Shown here one piece after another: positions 29,921-39,229 of a DNA stretch of 64,000 nucleotides; the stretch's first letter is position 1, and every line of letters starts with the position of its first letter. The position numbers were made by a program, and so were the translations under genes. The notes under the pieces were generated by a model. The model worked only from the letters and a program-made list of their open reading frames with translations. It searched no databases and was not told the DNA's origin. Origin of the DNA: Gammaproteobacteria bacterium (GTDB taxonomy: Bacteria; Pseudomonadota; Gammaproteobacteria; Eutrophobiales; Eutrophobiaceae); the NCBI GenBank assembly GCA_965221695.1, contig OZ244905.1:736001-800000 (forward strand). Reading direction: 5' to 3'.

Positions 29921-29959
29921 TTCCTTATCTCCCAAGGCTTCGAATCAGTCACCGATTAA

Positions 29960-30307
29960 CTAACCACCCAAGTCAGCTTGGCTGCGTAGAACTCTTACAC
30001 AATAGTTGTTCAGACTCTCGTTTGCTTTCAAGGACTCAATCACGAGGCGTTGATGGAGTTCTGGTCCGACTCGCAGATTAAATTTGCCGGAATATTTTTT
30101 GCCTGCTACTGCCGGTGGCAATGGCGTATTGTCCAAATGGTGGATTTCAATCCATTCTTCGATTAGTTTGCTCAGTTCCTGATATACCTCAGTCTCATTT
30201 TGGCCATGGATTCCCCCGAGCGTCAGGCCAGGCGCCCTGCCAATATAGCACTGATCTTCTTCAGACCATTCTACAATTCTGAGATACCGATCAGCTTTTT
30301 TCATCAC
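29960..30307 (-). CDS. hicB: HicB antitoxin
   Basis: VEWSEEDQCYIG, YSGKFNLRV..ELH..L. Confidence 0.88.
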   Translation of the reverse strand: MMKKADRYLRIVEWSEEDQCYIGRAPGLTLGGIHGQNETEVYQELSKLIEEWIEIHHLDNTPLPPAVAGKKYSGKFNLRVGPELHQRLVIESLKANESLNNYCVRVLRSQADLGG

Positions 30308-30494
30308 TAATCAATTGAAGTGCTTGTTTCACGTCTTTAACCTGATAATGCTTCGCATCATCACCTGTCTTGCCACTAATTGTAATATTCAATCCGACCG
30401 GGTGCCTGAAATTACGGTGGCTACCCTTCCCTCCTCGGTCAACAAAACCGTATCGTTTTAGTTCGTTGATCAAATCCCTAACTTTAGGAGGCAT
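30291..30494 (-). CDS. hicA: HicA mRNA interferase toxin
   Basis: 67 aa; GF...GGKGSHRNFRHP. Confidence 0.9.
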   Translation of the reverse strand: MPPKVRDLINELKRYGFVDRGGKGSHRNFRHPVGLNITISGKTGDDAKHYQVKDVKQALQLISDEKS

Positions 30495-30500
30495 TGTGAC

Positions 30501-30528
30501 ATAGTACTATAACGGTACTATAAATCAA
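30501..30528 (-). promoter_or_regulatory. Leaderless hicAB promoter with operator IR
   Basis: TTGATT-16-TACTAT 6 nt before ATG; IR ATAGTAC-N7-GTACTAT at 30501-30521. Confidence 0.6.
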
Positions 30529-30611
30529 GTATATAATCCCGGACCAAATACCATTTCGGGAATAACCACCTCCCACGCGTCGCACTTTGCGCGATCCTGG
30601 TATTGTGGTTC

Positions 30612-30724
30612 TGACTGTTCGTGACACAACAACCAATGCCATGTTTCTCCAGGCCTGTTACCTGGTCGGACATCAGCGCCACCAGCGGAGAAATGGCCAC
30701 GGTAAGCGCGCCGGTTTTGTAACC
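30612..30724 (-). pseudogene. Remnant of a RecQ-family helicase
   Basis: YKTGALTVAISPLVALMSDQVTGLEKHGIG matches RecQ motif Ia (SPL.ALM.DQV); in-frame stop immediately upstream. Confidence 0.7.
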
Positions 30725-30956
30725 TCAAGGTCCAGAGACAGGAAACAAGGCATAGCGCCTGGAGTTTTACCGGCTTGCTGTGGCATTTGCTGTGGCATAG
30801 CTTGTACAGCAAAGGAAATATCGATATTATTTATAATTGTTGTCAATATATCATCGCATAAGAATATAGCTTATTGATTTCATGGAATAAAGTAAACAGC
30901 ATGGTAGTTATACTGAAGAACCATAGGGTGGCCTGATTAAGTAAGAGGGGATTACA

Positions 30957-32081
30957 GTGTCAAAACCGTTTCTGAAAAATGCCTGGTATGCGGCGGCCTG
31001 GAGCTACGAGGTGAAAAAGGAATTGTTCGAACGTACCATCATCGGCGAATCGATCCTGTTCTATCGCAAAGAGAACAACGAGGCGGTGGCCATCAACAAC
31101 GCGTGCCCGCACCGCTATTCGCCGTTGCACCTCGGAACGCTGATCGGCGATGTGGTGGAATGCGCTTACCACGGATTGCGTTACGACAGCGGCGGGCGTT
31201 GCGTGCATAACCCCCACGGGGACGGCAAGATCCCGGAAAAGATGTGCACCCGGGCCTACCCGCTGGAAGAAACCCATAACATGTTATGGATCTGGATGGG
31301 CGACCCGTCGCTGGCCGATCCCGCAACGATTCCCGATTTCAGTTGCCATACCGACGCTGACTACCCGTCCGTCCAGGGTGTAATTGAAATGCACGGCAAC
31401 TACGAGCTGATCACCGATAACCTGATGGACCTGTCCCATGTCGAGTTCCTGCATAAAGGCATACTCGGCAGCGATGCGATTAAACGCGGGCAACACGAAC
31501 TGTTGCAGGACGGCACTACGGTGTGGTCCAACCGCTGGTGCCCGGACGGATTGGCGCCGCCGGCCTGGGACCACATGTTCAAGGACTACGGCAAGCCGGT
31601 TGACCACTGGTTATACATGCGCTGGGACGCGCCCAGCCACATGCTGCTGGACGTGGGCATCACCCCTACGGGCAGACCGCGCAGCGAAGGGATATGGATG
31701 TACGGCACGGACATTCTTACGCCTAAGAACCAGACCTCCACGTATTATTTCTGGGGCGTCGCCAGGGACCACGACAAGAACAGCGCGGAGATGGACAAAA
31801 TCTGGACCACGGCCGTCGAGACAGCCTTCGGCACTCAGGACAAACCCATGATCGAAGCCCAGCAAGGCATGCTGGAAAATCTGGACGTCATCGATCTCGA
31901 CGAAGTTGACCCGGTGTTGCTGCCCATGGACAGCGCCACGGTGCGCTGCCGGCGCGTGCTGGACCAACTGCGCCGTCAGGATGGCATCAAGCTTCCCGAC
32001 CCCCGCAACCCGGCCCTGACGGACCTGGTCTGGAAAACGAATGCGGAGCAATACCAAGGCATCGTAGAACCAGTGGTGTGA
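30957..32081 (+). CDS. Rieske non-heme iron oxygenase, VanA/DdmC-like O- or N-dealkylase
   Basis: CPHR...CAYHG Rieske motif, DNLMDLSHVEFLH Fe site, CVHNPHG, WIWMGDP.LADP..IPDF, QDKPMIEAQQ. Confidence 0.92.
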   Translation: MSKPFLKNAWYAAAWSYEVKKELFERTIIGESILFYRKENNEAVAINNACPHRYSPLHLGTLIGDVVECAYHGLRYDSGGRCVHNPHGDGKIPEKMCTRAYPLEETHNMLWIWMGDPSLADPATIPDFSCHTDADYPSVQGVIEMHGNYELITDNLMDLSHVEFLHKGILGSDAIKRGQHELLQDGTTVWSNRWCPDGLAPPAWDHMFKDYGKPVDHWLYMRWDAPSHMLLDVGITPTGRPRSEGIWMYGTDILTPKNQTSTYYFWGVARDHDKNSAEMDKIWTTAVETAFGTQDKPMIEAQQGMLENLDVIDLDEVDPVLLPMDSATVRCRRVLDQLRRQDGIKLPDPRNPALTDLVWKTNAEQYQGIVEPVV

Positions 32082-32193
32082 AGGCCACCTACTCTGCCTG
32101 CGCGCGTACTTCGCGATTGATGCGTATCGCAGCCTACAGGCGGACGCGGAAAGACATCGCGCAAGCCCTTGATCCGTAGGACTGGCGTCTCAA

Positions 32194-33789
32194 CTACTCC
32201 TCGAACGCCGGCTTTATTTCGGTTTTCGGGGTCCAGTCCGGACCATAAAGCCGTTTGTATCTTTCCGGCCGGTCCACCGACCCCTTGGCGCCGCCGCCCC
32301 GCCACAGGTCGTATTTTGCATCGGCATACTCGGCAAAGAACGCGGTGAGCCTGGCGTCCAGTTCCGCAACGACTTCCCGATAAGACGGATCATCTATGAT
32401 GTTCCGGTTCTGATCCGGGTCTGCCTGCATATCATACAATGCCGGCTCGCCTGTTGCGCGCAGGCGTTTCCAGTAAGCATACTTCTCAGTCCTGATTACC
32501 CTGGTCTCTTCCTGTTCAAAGAAAACCGCATCAGGGCGGCGGCCGGTGGCGCCTGCCAGCGCATGTCTGAAACTCTTGCCGGGGCTGTTATCGAAACGTA
32601 CAGCGCCCATGCCGAGATAATCCAGGATGGTCACGGGTATATCATATTGGCCTACCAGCAGGTCGCTGGTTTGCCCCGCGCTGATCTTGCCCATATGCCT
32701 GATGATCAGCGGGACATTCATCGCCGTCTCATACATGCTGGACGGTGTCGTGACCACGGTATGCTGCCAGAGGCCATGCTGTCCGTAAAAGTTGCCCTGG
32801 TAGGAAGAAAAAATGACCAGGGTATTGTTCTCCAGACCCTTTTCCTTCAACGCCGCCAATACCTTGCCCACACCGTCATCCACCAGCGTATTCTGGGAAG
32901 CGACATTGGCCATGGTAGCCGGATCGTTATGCATGGCCAGTCCTTCTCGCAGTTTGCCCCGTAAAAACGGGTTGGTATCATCACTCAGCAACTGCTCCAC
33001 CAGGTTATCGTTATACGCCGTGCGCGGAAATGACTTGAATTCCTTGCCCGCGTAGTCCTGGTAAAACCGATTCCTCGCAGGCCCGTAATTCGTCGGCGGG
33101 TTGGTATAAGGCCCGTCGTAATTCAATTGCAGGTAGAACGGCTCCTCGCCGGTGTAAGCCCGCAGGTATTCAACTGCCTTGTCCGTGAAGAAATCGACGA
33201 TGTGCCGGTCGTTTATCCGGTATGTTTCGTCATTGTCGATGATGGTGTTGTCCCAGAAATCAATGGTATGCCCGTCTGGAAATGTGACCCAGTACTGGTA
33301 ACCGATGGAGGCTTTCCAGGGTTGGCCCAGGTGCCACTTGCCTATCATCGCGGTCCGGTAACCGCGGTTTCTTAACGTGAGCGGCAAGGTGCGGAACTCC
33401 GCCACCGCGGACCAGTTTTCCGGCCACTGATCCAGCAGTTCATCATCCAGCCAACTGTGTATCCCGTGTTGCGATGGCATCAGTCCGGTCATCAGGGTTG
33501 CCCGGGTGGGAGAGCACATGCCGTTCACCGCATAGGCGCGGGTAAAGCGGATGCCATCTGCGGCCAGCCGGTCTATATTGGGTGTGCTGATATCGGGATT
33601 GCCGTACGCGCCCAGTAATGAGGCAGCCTGGTTATCAGTCAGGATGAATACTATATTCGGTCTTTGTTCACCTGACTGCGCGACGCTCGCCCATAATGCC
33701 ATTACGACCAGTTGGGACAGAATTAACGAAGTTCTGATCAATCCGAAGCCTCCTGCGGCCGGTTTAGCTGCAAAATAGGTTTTAATCAT
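32194..33789 (-). CDS. Secreted formylglycine-type sulfatase
   Basis: RPNIVFILTDN, CSPTRATLMTG, GKWHLG; SSYQG stands where S-D-x-G is expected. Confidence 0.9.
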   Translation of the reverse strand: MIKTYFAAKPAAGGFGLIRTSLILSQLVVMALWASVAQSGEQRPNIVFILTDNQAASLLGAYGNPDISTPNIDRLAADGIRFTRAYAVNGMCSPTRATLMTGLMPSQHGIHSWLDDELLDQWPENWSAVAEFRTLPLTLRNRGYRTAMIGKWHLGQPWKASIGYQYWVTFPDGHTIDFWDNTIIDNDETYRINDRHIVDFFTDKAVEYLRAYTGEEPFYLQLNYDGPYTNPPTNYGPARNRFYQDYAGKEFKSFPRTAYNDNLVEQLLSDDTNPFLRGKLREGLAMHNDPATMANVASQNTLVDDGVGKVLAALKEKGLENNTLVIFSSYQGNFYGQHGLWQHTVVTTPSSMYETAMNVPLIIRHMGKISAGQTSDLLVGQYDIPVTILDYLGMGAVRFDNSPGKSFRHALAGATGRRPDAVFFEQEETRVIRTEKYAYWKRLRATGEPALYDMQADPDQNRNIIDDPSYREVVAELDARLTAFFAEYADAKYDLWRGGGAKGSVDRPERYKRLYGPDWTPKTEIKPAFEE

Positions 33790-33840
33790 AGCATGTTGCC
33801 TGTTTCAGGACAGTAGCAAATCCGTTACACTGCGCTTGAA

Positions 33841-34332
33841 ATGGACATAACACGCAGAGATTTTATCCGGCTTACTCTCAGCCTCGCGCTGCTCCCCCCG
33901 GGCACGCGCGCCGTCTCCCGGGATACGACAGATCTGTGGTTAAACGATGATGGTAAGTTCCTGTCGGATATTGTCTACCAATTGTTCCCCCATGCGCAGT
34001 TAAGCAAGGATGTGTATGAACAGGTCGCGCAACAACTGGACGACAAGATCATGCAATCCGCGGAACTGACGGCAATGCTGGACGACGCCATCGGGGTTAT
34101 GGCCGCACAATCCCAGGAACAATGGCTTGCCTTGCCGGCGCATCAGAAAGTGGCGGCGCTTGAGAAAATACAGCGCACGCCATTCTTTCAATTCGTCCGC
34201 AACGAATCCCTGAACGGGGTCTACCGCAGTCCGCTGACCTGGGAATTACTCGGCTACGAGGGGTCTTCCCTCGAGTTCGGCGGCTATATCAACCGGGGCC
34301 TCAACGACATTGACTGGTTGCCTGAACCCTGA
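33841..34332 (+). CDS. Tat-exported gluconate-2-dehydrogenase subunit 3-like protein
   Basis: TRRDFI Tat motif, W.LLGYEG.S...GGYINRG..DIDWLP. Confidence 0.8.
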   Translation: MDITRRDFIRLTLSLALLPPGTRAVSRDTTDLWLNDDGKFLSDIVYQLFPHAQLSKDVYEQVAQQLDDKIMQSAELTAMLDDAIGVMAAQSQEQWLALPAHQKVAALEKIQRTPFFQFVRNESLNGVYRSPLTWELLGYEGSSLEFGGYINRGLNDIDWLPEP

Positions 34333-34389
34333 TGATCAGGGCACTGCGCAACGGTATGTGCCAGATGGAACAGGCCAGGGTATTCTCCA

Positions 34390-34486
34390 GTACCACTCCC
34401 GCGAAAGCGGGAGTCCAGTCAAATACTGTATCGCCCGAAGGGCGACCTCTTGACCCACTGGATTCCCGTTTGCACGGGAATGGTAC
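34390..34486. repeat. Composite REP-like cluster 2
   Basis: ACCACTCCCGCGAAAGCGGGAGTCCAG - TCGCCCGAAGGGCGA - CTGGATTCCCGTTTGCACGGGAATGGT. Confidence 0.9.
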
Positions 34487-34516
34487 CGGGCATAGGTTAC
34501 ACAGCATATAGCTTGT

Positions 34517-36070
34517 ATGACAACATTCTCACTCAATGATCCTTCGGTGGTCGTGGTCATCGGTTCCGGCGCCGGCGGTGGAACAGTGTCGGAAATATTG
34601 GCGCGTAACGGCATTGATGTGGTCTGTCTTGAAGCCGGCAAGCGGCTCGACCTCACGGAGATCGTTACCAATGAAGCCGAGATGTTCGGCAAAATCACCT
34701 GGCTGGATGAACGCCAGGGCAGCGGGGTCGCGCTGCCGCCATTCCCGGTATGGAACTGCAAGACGGTGGGCGGCACGACCGTGCACTGGACTGCGACCGG
34801 CATCCGGCTGCAGGAACATGAGTTCAACGCGCTCAGCCGCTACGGTGCGGTCTCCGATACGTCCCTGGTGGACTGGCCGCTCAGCCTGGCGGAACTGGAA
34901 CCGTATTACACCGCCGCTGAAGACCGCCTGGGCGTGACCGGCACGCACGGGATTGAACGACTGCCGGAAAGCAACAATTACAGGGTATTCAAAGCCGGCG
35001 CAAAAAAATGCGGCTACCAGGAGATCAACACCGGCAACCTGGCGATTAATTCCCGCCCGCGCGACGGCAGGGGCAGTTGCCTGCAACTGGGGTTCTGCGC
35101 CAGCGGCTGCGCAACCGGCGCCAAGTGGTCAACCCTGTATACAGATATTCCTGCGGCGGAACAGAGCGGTCATTTTGAATTACGAACGGAATCCATGGCG
35201 ATAACGGTAAACCACGACCGGAACAAGGCGACCGGGGTCGACTACCTGGACAAACACGGGCAAAAACACACCCAGTCGGCAAGGGCAGTCTGCATTGCCG
35301 GCAACACCGTGGAAACCACCAGGTTGTTGCTCAACTCCCGCTCTGATCTGTTCCCGCAGGGGCTGGCCAACGGCAGCGGTCAGGTCGGCAAAAACTACAT
35401 GCGCCACGTGATGGCCAGTATCGTCGGCATCATGCCCGGGAAGGTAAACCAGCATCGCGGCGCGCACCAGGCCGGTATTGTTTACGACGAGCGTTACCAC
35501 GACAACAAACGCGGCTTTTTCGGCGGCCTGTTATTCGAAACCGTGAGTTTCACGCCGGAATCCATGGCCAGGTTCCTGCGGCCCGGAGGCTGGGGTAGCG
35601 CTTATACGGAACTGCTGGAACAATACAACCGCATGGCCGCGCTGCTGATCGTGGGTGAGGACCCTCCGATTGAAACCAATACCATCACGTTGCATCCCAC
35701 GCGCAAAGACCATTATGGCCTGCCGGTGCCTGTCGTCCATTATGCGCATCACGCCAACTCCAACAGGATGCTGCGCTACGGCTTGGAACGGGGACGCAAG
35801 ATCTATGAAGTCCTGGGCGCGGAGCAAACACTCGAATTGGTGAATGTGTTCCCGGCCACCCACAACATGGGCACGGCGCGCATGGGTAATGACCCGGCCA
35901 CCAGCGTCTGTAACCGGTGGGGACAGACCCATGAGCTGGACAACCTGTTCATCAGCGATGGGAGCCTCTTCCCCACCTCAGGCTGCGCCAACCCAACGCT
36001 GACGATTATCGCGCTGGCGCTGCGCCAGGCCGAGTATCTGACCGCACAGCTCCGGTCAAATTCGATATAA
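34517..36070 (+). CDS. GMC family flavoprotein oxidoreductase
   Basis: IGSGAGGG, VGGTTVHW, CLQLGFC..GC, HNMGTARMG, NPTLTI.ALA. Confidence 0.93.
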   Translation: MTTFSLNDPSVVVVIGSGAGGGTVSEILARNGIDVVCLEAGKRLDLTEIVTNEAEMFGKITWLDERQGSGVALPPFPVWNCKTVGGTTVHWTATGIRLQEHEFNALSRYGAVSDTSLVDWPLSLAELEPYYTAAEDRLGVTGTHGIERLPESNNYRVFKAGAKKCGYQEINTGNLAINSRPRDGRGSCLQLGFCASGCATGAKWSTLYTDIPAAEQSGHFELRTESMAITVNHDRNKATGVDYLDKHGQKHTQSARAVCIAGNTVETTRLLLNSRSDLFPQGLANGSGQVGKNYMRHVMASIVGIMPGKVNQHRGAHQAGIVYDERYHDNKRGFFGGLLFETVSFTPESMARFLRPGGWGSAYTELLEQYNRMAALLIVGEDPPIETNTITLHPTRKDHYGLPVPVVHYAHHANSNRMLRYGLERGRKIYEVLGAEQTLELVNVFPATHNMGTARMGNDPATSVCNRWGQTHELDNLFISDGSLFPTSGCANPTLTIIALALRQAEYLTAQLRSNSI

Positions 36071-36174
36071 AGCTGCTTGGATACTGATGAAGAAGTATGT
36101 ATTGACCATTTGGAATATACTGCCTATACTCTGGACTACATTAAGTGCTATCCAATAACAACATGGAGGTAATC

Positions 36175-36339
36175 ATGAATTACGAATTAGTCACCATTAT
36201 GGTAACTATCATTGCGACTGGCTGCGCTGTTATCGGCTTAATCCGTCCCAGCATAACAAATTTACAAGAACGCATGTCCGGCCTGGAGCAACGCATGGCG
36301 CGCCTGGAAGGTTTGTTTGAGGGTTTTACCGGAAAGTAG
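36175..36339 (+). CDS. Small membrane-anchored coiled-coil hypothetical protein
   Basis: GGAGG RBS, TTGACC-17-TATACT promoter at 36102-36130, hydrophobic N-terminus then LEQRMARLEG. Confidence 0.6.
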   Translation: MNYELVTIMVTIIATGCAVIGLIRPSITNLQERMSGLEQRMARLEGLFEGFTGK

Positions 36340-36365
36340 CACATCGCCACAATCGGAGAGGCTTC

Positions 36366-36839
36366 TTATTCCTCCGCTTGCTGACCCCGGCGCCGTTTTT
36401 CAATATCCTCCAGCAACCGGTCACGCTCGCTGCCGACGGTGTTTCCGCCGCGGTACTCCGTGCCGTCCTCTGTTACAATCAGTTTCCAGTCCATCTTGTA
36501 GCCGCCGTCCCGAGCCGGGTTCCCGGTTATCTCGATGATATCGCCGGGTTGCAGTGTATCCCTACTCCAACCTCGCCGGCGCAGAATTGCCGAGGCATTC
36601 CCCTCTGCAAACCAGTTCTGGACTTCCCCATCAGCGGTGGTGACATCGAAATAGATGCGGGCATGGGGATTGATCAAGCGGAACTTCGTCACCACGCCGG
36701 TTACGGTTATCAGCCGGTCCACCAGGTAGTGTGATTCGGGACTGTGGTGCGAGTACGCAGTTGCGCAGCAGAACATCCCGGCTAGCAACGCCGCAGTCAG
36801 TCGACTATACATGGTTCGGTTCCTCTGGTTAATAGCCAT
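36366..36839 (-). CDS. DUF6152-like secreted protein
   Basis: Signal peptide then HHS, TGVVTKF..INPH, W..E, L.PGD.I...G.PARDG. Confidence 0.75.
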   Translation of the reverse strand: MAINQRNRTMYSRLTAALLAGMFCCATAYSHHSPESHYLVDRLITVTGVVTKFRLINPHARIYFDVTTADGEVQNWFAEGNASAILRRRGWSRDTLQPGDIIEITGNPARDGGYKMDWKLIVTEDGTEYRGGNTVGSERDRLLEDIEKRRRGQQAEE

Positions 36840-37651
36840 CAGTATTCGCCCGTGATTGCCTCGCAGACGAATTCCTCCAGTTCCCAGTCGGGCGCAGGCA
36901 AAAAGCTCCTCTGGTTTTCATACGGTCTGCGGAAATTCACCGGATCGATGATCGCCAGTTCCAGGTCGAGCCTGCCGTTATCGGGATGATACGTATAGCG
37001 TTCAACAAAACGCGTGTCCCGGTCCGGTTTCAGCGCGCCGCCGCCCGGGACGCCGATTACGTTGGGAATAACATGGGTCGTCTCCACAACCAGGGTGTTG
37101 CCTTCATAATAGCCGGTCGAATGGCCGAGCCGGGTAGCAGGGGCGTCAGGTGGTAGCGCGGGTCCATCAAGGTAAACCGTCCTGACGGCATTCCAGTATT
37201 CGTAACGGAAGACGACCTTGTCAGCATATTGCTCGATCTGCATCGGCACCGGCGCCAGGATCTGGTGGCGCAGGCTATCGCCTTTCGGGGTGCAATCCAG
37301 CGCCGCGCCCTGCGCCGGGTCGTATTGCGCCTGTTTTACCAGGCCATCGGGGGTCAGCAGGTTGCTGTTCTGCGCCTGCTCATACTCCCGCATCTGGTAG
37401 AACAGTTCCTTAACTGTCTGATCGTCATTCTCAGGGTCACGCAACAGGGATTGCAGGTATTTGAAGCCCACCAGGGAGCAGCCCGAGCGGGCGCAGGCAA
37501 GGTCTTCGATACGCCAGCGTTCATCATCAGGCGTCAGCAGCGCATTGCTCCAGACACCGGAAATAGCCGGGCGCTCGCCGGCGCCGGCATACACCGCGCC
37601 GCAACCGGCAATGAGCAGCGCTATACCGACAAAACGATAAAGAGTGTTCAT
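36839..37651 (-). CDS. Secreted hypothetical protein, partner of DUF6152
   Basis: Signal peptide, GHSTGYYEGNTLVVET, IIDP..F..P, C-terminal EFVCE; start placed at MNTLY. Confidence 0.75.
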   Translation of the reverse strand: MNTLYRFVGIALLIAGCGAVYAGAGERPAISGVWSNALLTPDDERWRIEDLACARSGCSLVGFKYLQSLLRDPENDDQTVKELFYQMREYEQAQNSNLLTPDGLVKQAQYDPAQGAALDCTPKGDSLRHQILAPVPMQIEQYADKVVFRYEYWNAVRTVYLDGPALPPDAPATRLGHSTGYYEGNTLVVETTHVIPNVIGVPGGGALKPDRDTRFVERYTYHPDNGRLDLELAIIDPVNFRRPYENQRSFLPAPDWELEEFVCEAITGEY

Positions 37652-37813
37652 GCCACCGCAGTATAAATGAAAACAGGGTGTAAATCTGCCGGACTCCCAA
37701 AGGAGGATGTTGTCTGACGCGGGCGTGACGTCTGCAATACCTGGCTGGCGCCCAGGTTTTCCAACGCAATGCTGACTAAAACCAAAGGCCGAGAGGGTAT
37801 AATTCAACCAGCC

Positions 37814-39016
37814 ATGAACAGACACCTCCTTCTTGCGCTGATCGTCTCAGCCAGCGTTATTACCATGATGTCGACAGACTTGTATGCGCCGAGCCTCGCA
37901 AGTTTGCCGGTATTGCTGAACACCAGCCCGGAACTGGTCAAGCTGACGGTCAGTCTTAATCTTCTGGCTTATGGCCTCGCCACCCTTATCCACGGTCCAC
38001 TGTCAGAACGCTTCGGCAGAAAGCCGGTGCTGCTATGGGGTCTGGTCGGATTTACCCTGGCCAGTTTCCTCTGCGCAACGGCCGCCGACATCGACCAATT
38101 GCTGGCTGCGCGCGTGCTTCAGGGCATTGCCGCCGCAGTAGAAGGTGTTGTTGTGCTGGCCATCATCCGCGATGTATTTACCGAAAAGGAACAGGTCAGG
38201 GCAATTGCCGTGTACGGCATTGCCACCTCTTTTGCGCCCGCGTTTGCCCCCATGATAGGTGGTTATATCCACGTATTATTCGGCTGGAGGATGAATTTCT
38301 ACCTGCTCACAGGCCTGGCGCTGATCGTGACTGCGCTGATCACGTTGTTCCTGAAAGAATCCGCCGAAAAAGACCCCGACGCGCTGAACCTGAAAGAAAT
38401 CTACGCGGATTATATTGGCCTGCTCTGCAACAGGTCATTCCTGACTTATGTCGTCATCGGCGGTTGCAGCCTGGGCTGTATCTTCGTGTTTATTACCGCA
38501 GGCCCTTTTATCCTGATTAACAACCATGGCGTGGCAACCGAGCATTTCGGTTATTACCAGGCAGTCCTTGTGATTGCCTATATTATCGGCAGCCTATTGG
38601 CAGCCCGCATGACCCGGCGCCACAGCGCCAGGGAAATACTGCGCGTCGGGGTTTGCTTCGCAGTGTGCGGCGCCCTGTTATTGCTGGGAATCCTGGCATC
38701 TGGTTGGGAGACACCGGAAACCCTGACCCTGGCTGTTGCGGTACTGCTGTTCGCGGAAGGACCGATATTTGCCGTGGTGCCCACCCTGGCAATGGATACA
38801 TCCGACCGCAGAACCGGCGCCGCAGCCGCTTTCATCGTGGCGGCAGAAATGGCTATCGGCTCAGTTGCGGCGCTGGCGGTAAGCTGGGCCCATGACGGCA
38901 CGGCATTACCGATGCTAATCACGATGCCGGCGCTGGTCGTGGTTATCGTTCTGGCATACCTGTACAGTGGGAAACTGCCTACTTATACCATTCCCGTGAA
39001 AACGGGAATCCAGTGA
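37814..39016 (+). CDS. Bcr/CflA-family MFS transporter
   Basis: TDLYAPSL, GPLSERFGRKPVL, ARVLQG, APMIGG. Confidence 0.92.
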   Translation: MNRHLLLALIVSASVITMMSTDLYAPSLASLPVLLNTSPELVKLTVSLNLLAYGLATLIHGPLSERFGRKPVLLWGLVGFTLASFLCATAADIDQLLAARVLQGIAAAVEGVVVLAIIRDVFTEKEQVRAIAVYGIATSFAPAFAPMIGGYIHVLFGWRMNFYLLTGLALIVTALITLFLKESAEKDPDALNLKEIYADYIGLLCNRSFLTYVVIGGCSLGCIFVFITAGPFILINNHGVATEHFGYYQAVLVIAYIIGSLLAARMTRRHSAREILRVGVCFAVCGALLLLGILASGWETPETLTLAVAVLLFAEGPIFAVVPTLAMDTSDRRTGAAAAFIVAAEMAIGSVAALAVSWAHDGTALPMLITMPALVVVIVLAYLYSGKLPTYTIPVKTGIQ

Positions 39017-39163
39017 AACTAAGAGTCGCCCTGCGGGCGACACAGTATTTGACTGGACTCCCGCTTCCGCGGGAGTGGTTCTGTGGTAGCATTCACAGGA
39101 GTGCCCCGTCCCATTCCCTTGCAAGTGCCCCCCGTCCCATTCCCGCGCAAGCGGGAATCCAGT
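38986..39163. repeat. Composite REP-like cluster 3 (overlaps the MFS stop)
   Basis: ACCATTCCCGTGAAAACGGGAATCCAG, GTCGCCCTGCGGGCGAC, CTGGACTCCCGCTTCCGCGGGAGTGGT, CCATTCCCGCGCAAGCGGGAATCCAG. Confidence 0.9.
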
Positions 39164-39229
39164 AAGCAATTCTTCCTTACAAGAAGTCTCGTTGTCTGAA
39201 ATATTGACGGACAATCCCAGGTTGAGCAA

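Noticed and set aside
32085-32190. GTAG-type REP-like hairpins here and at 54228-54256
   Set aside because: Degenerate single copies; may simply be terminator-like hairpins
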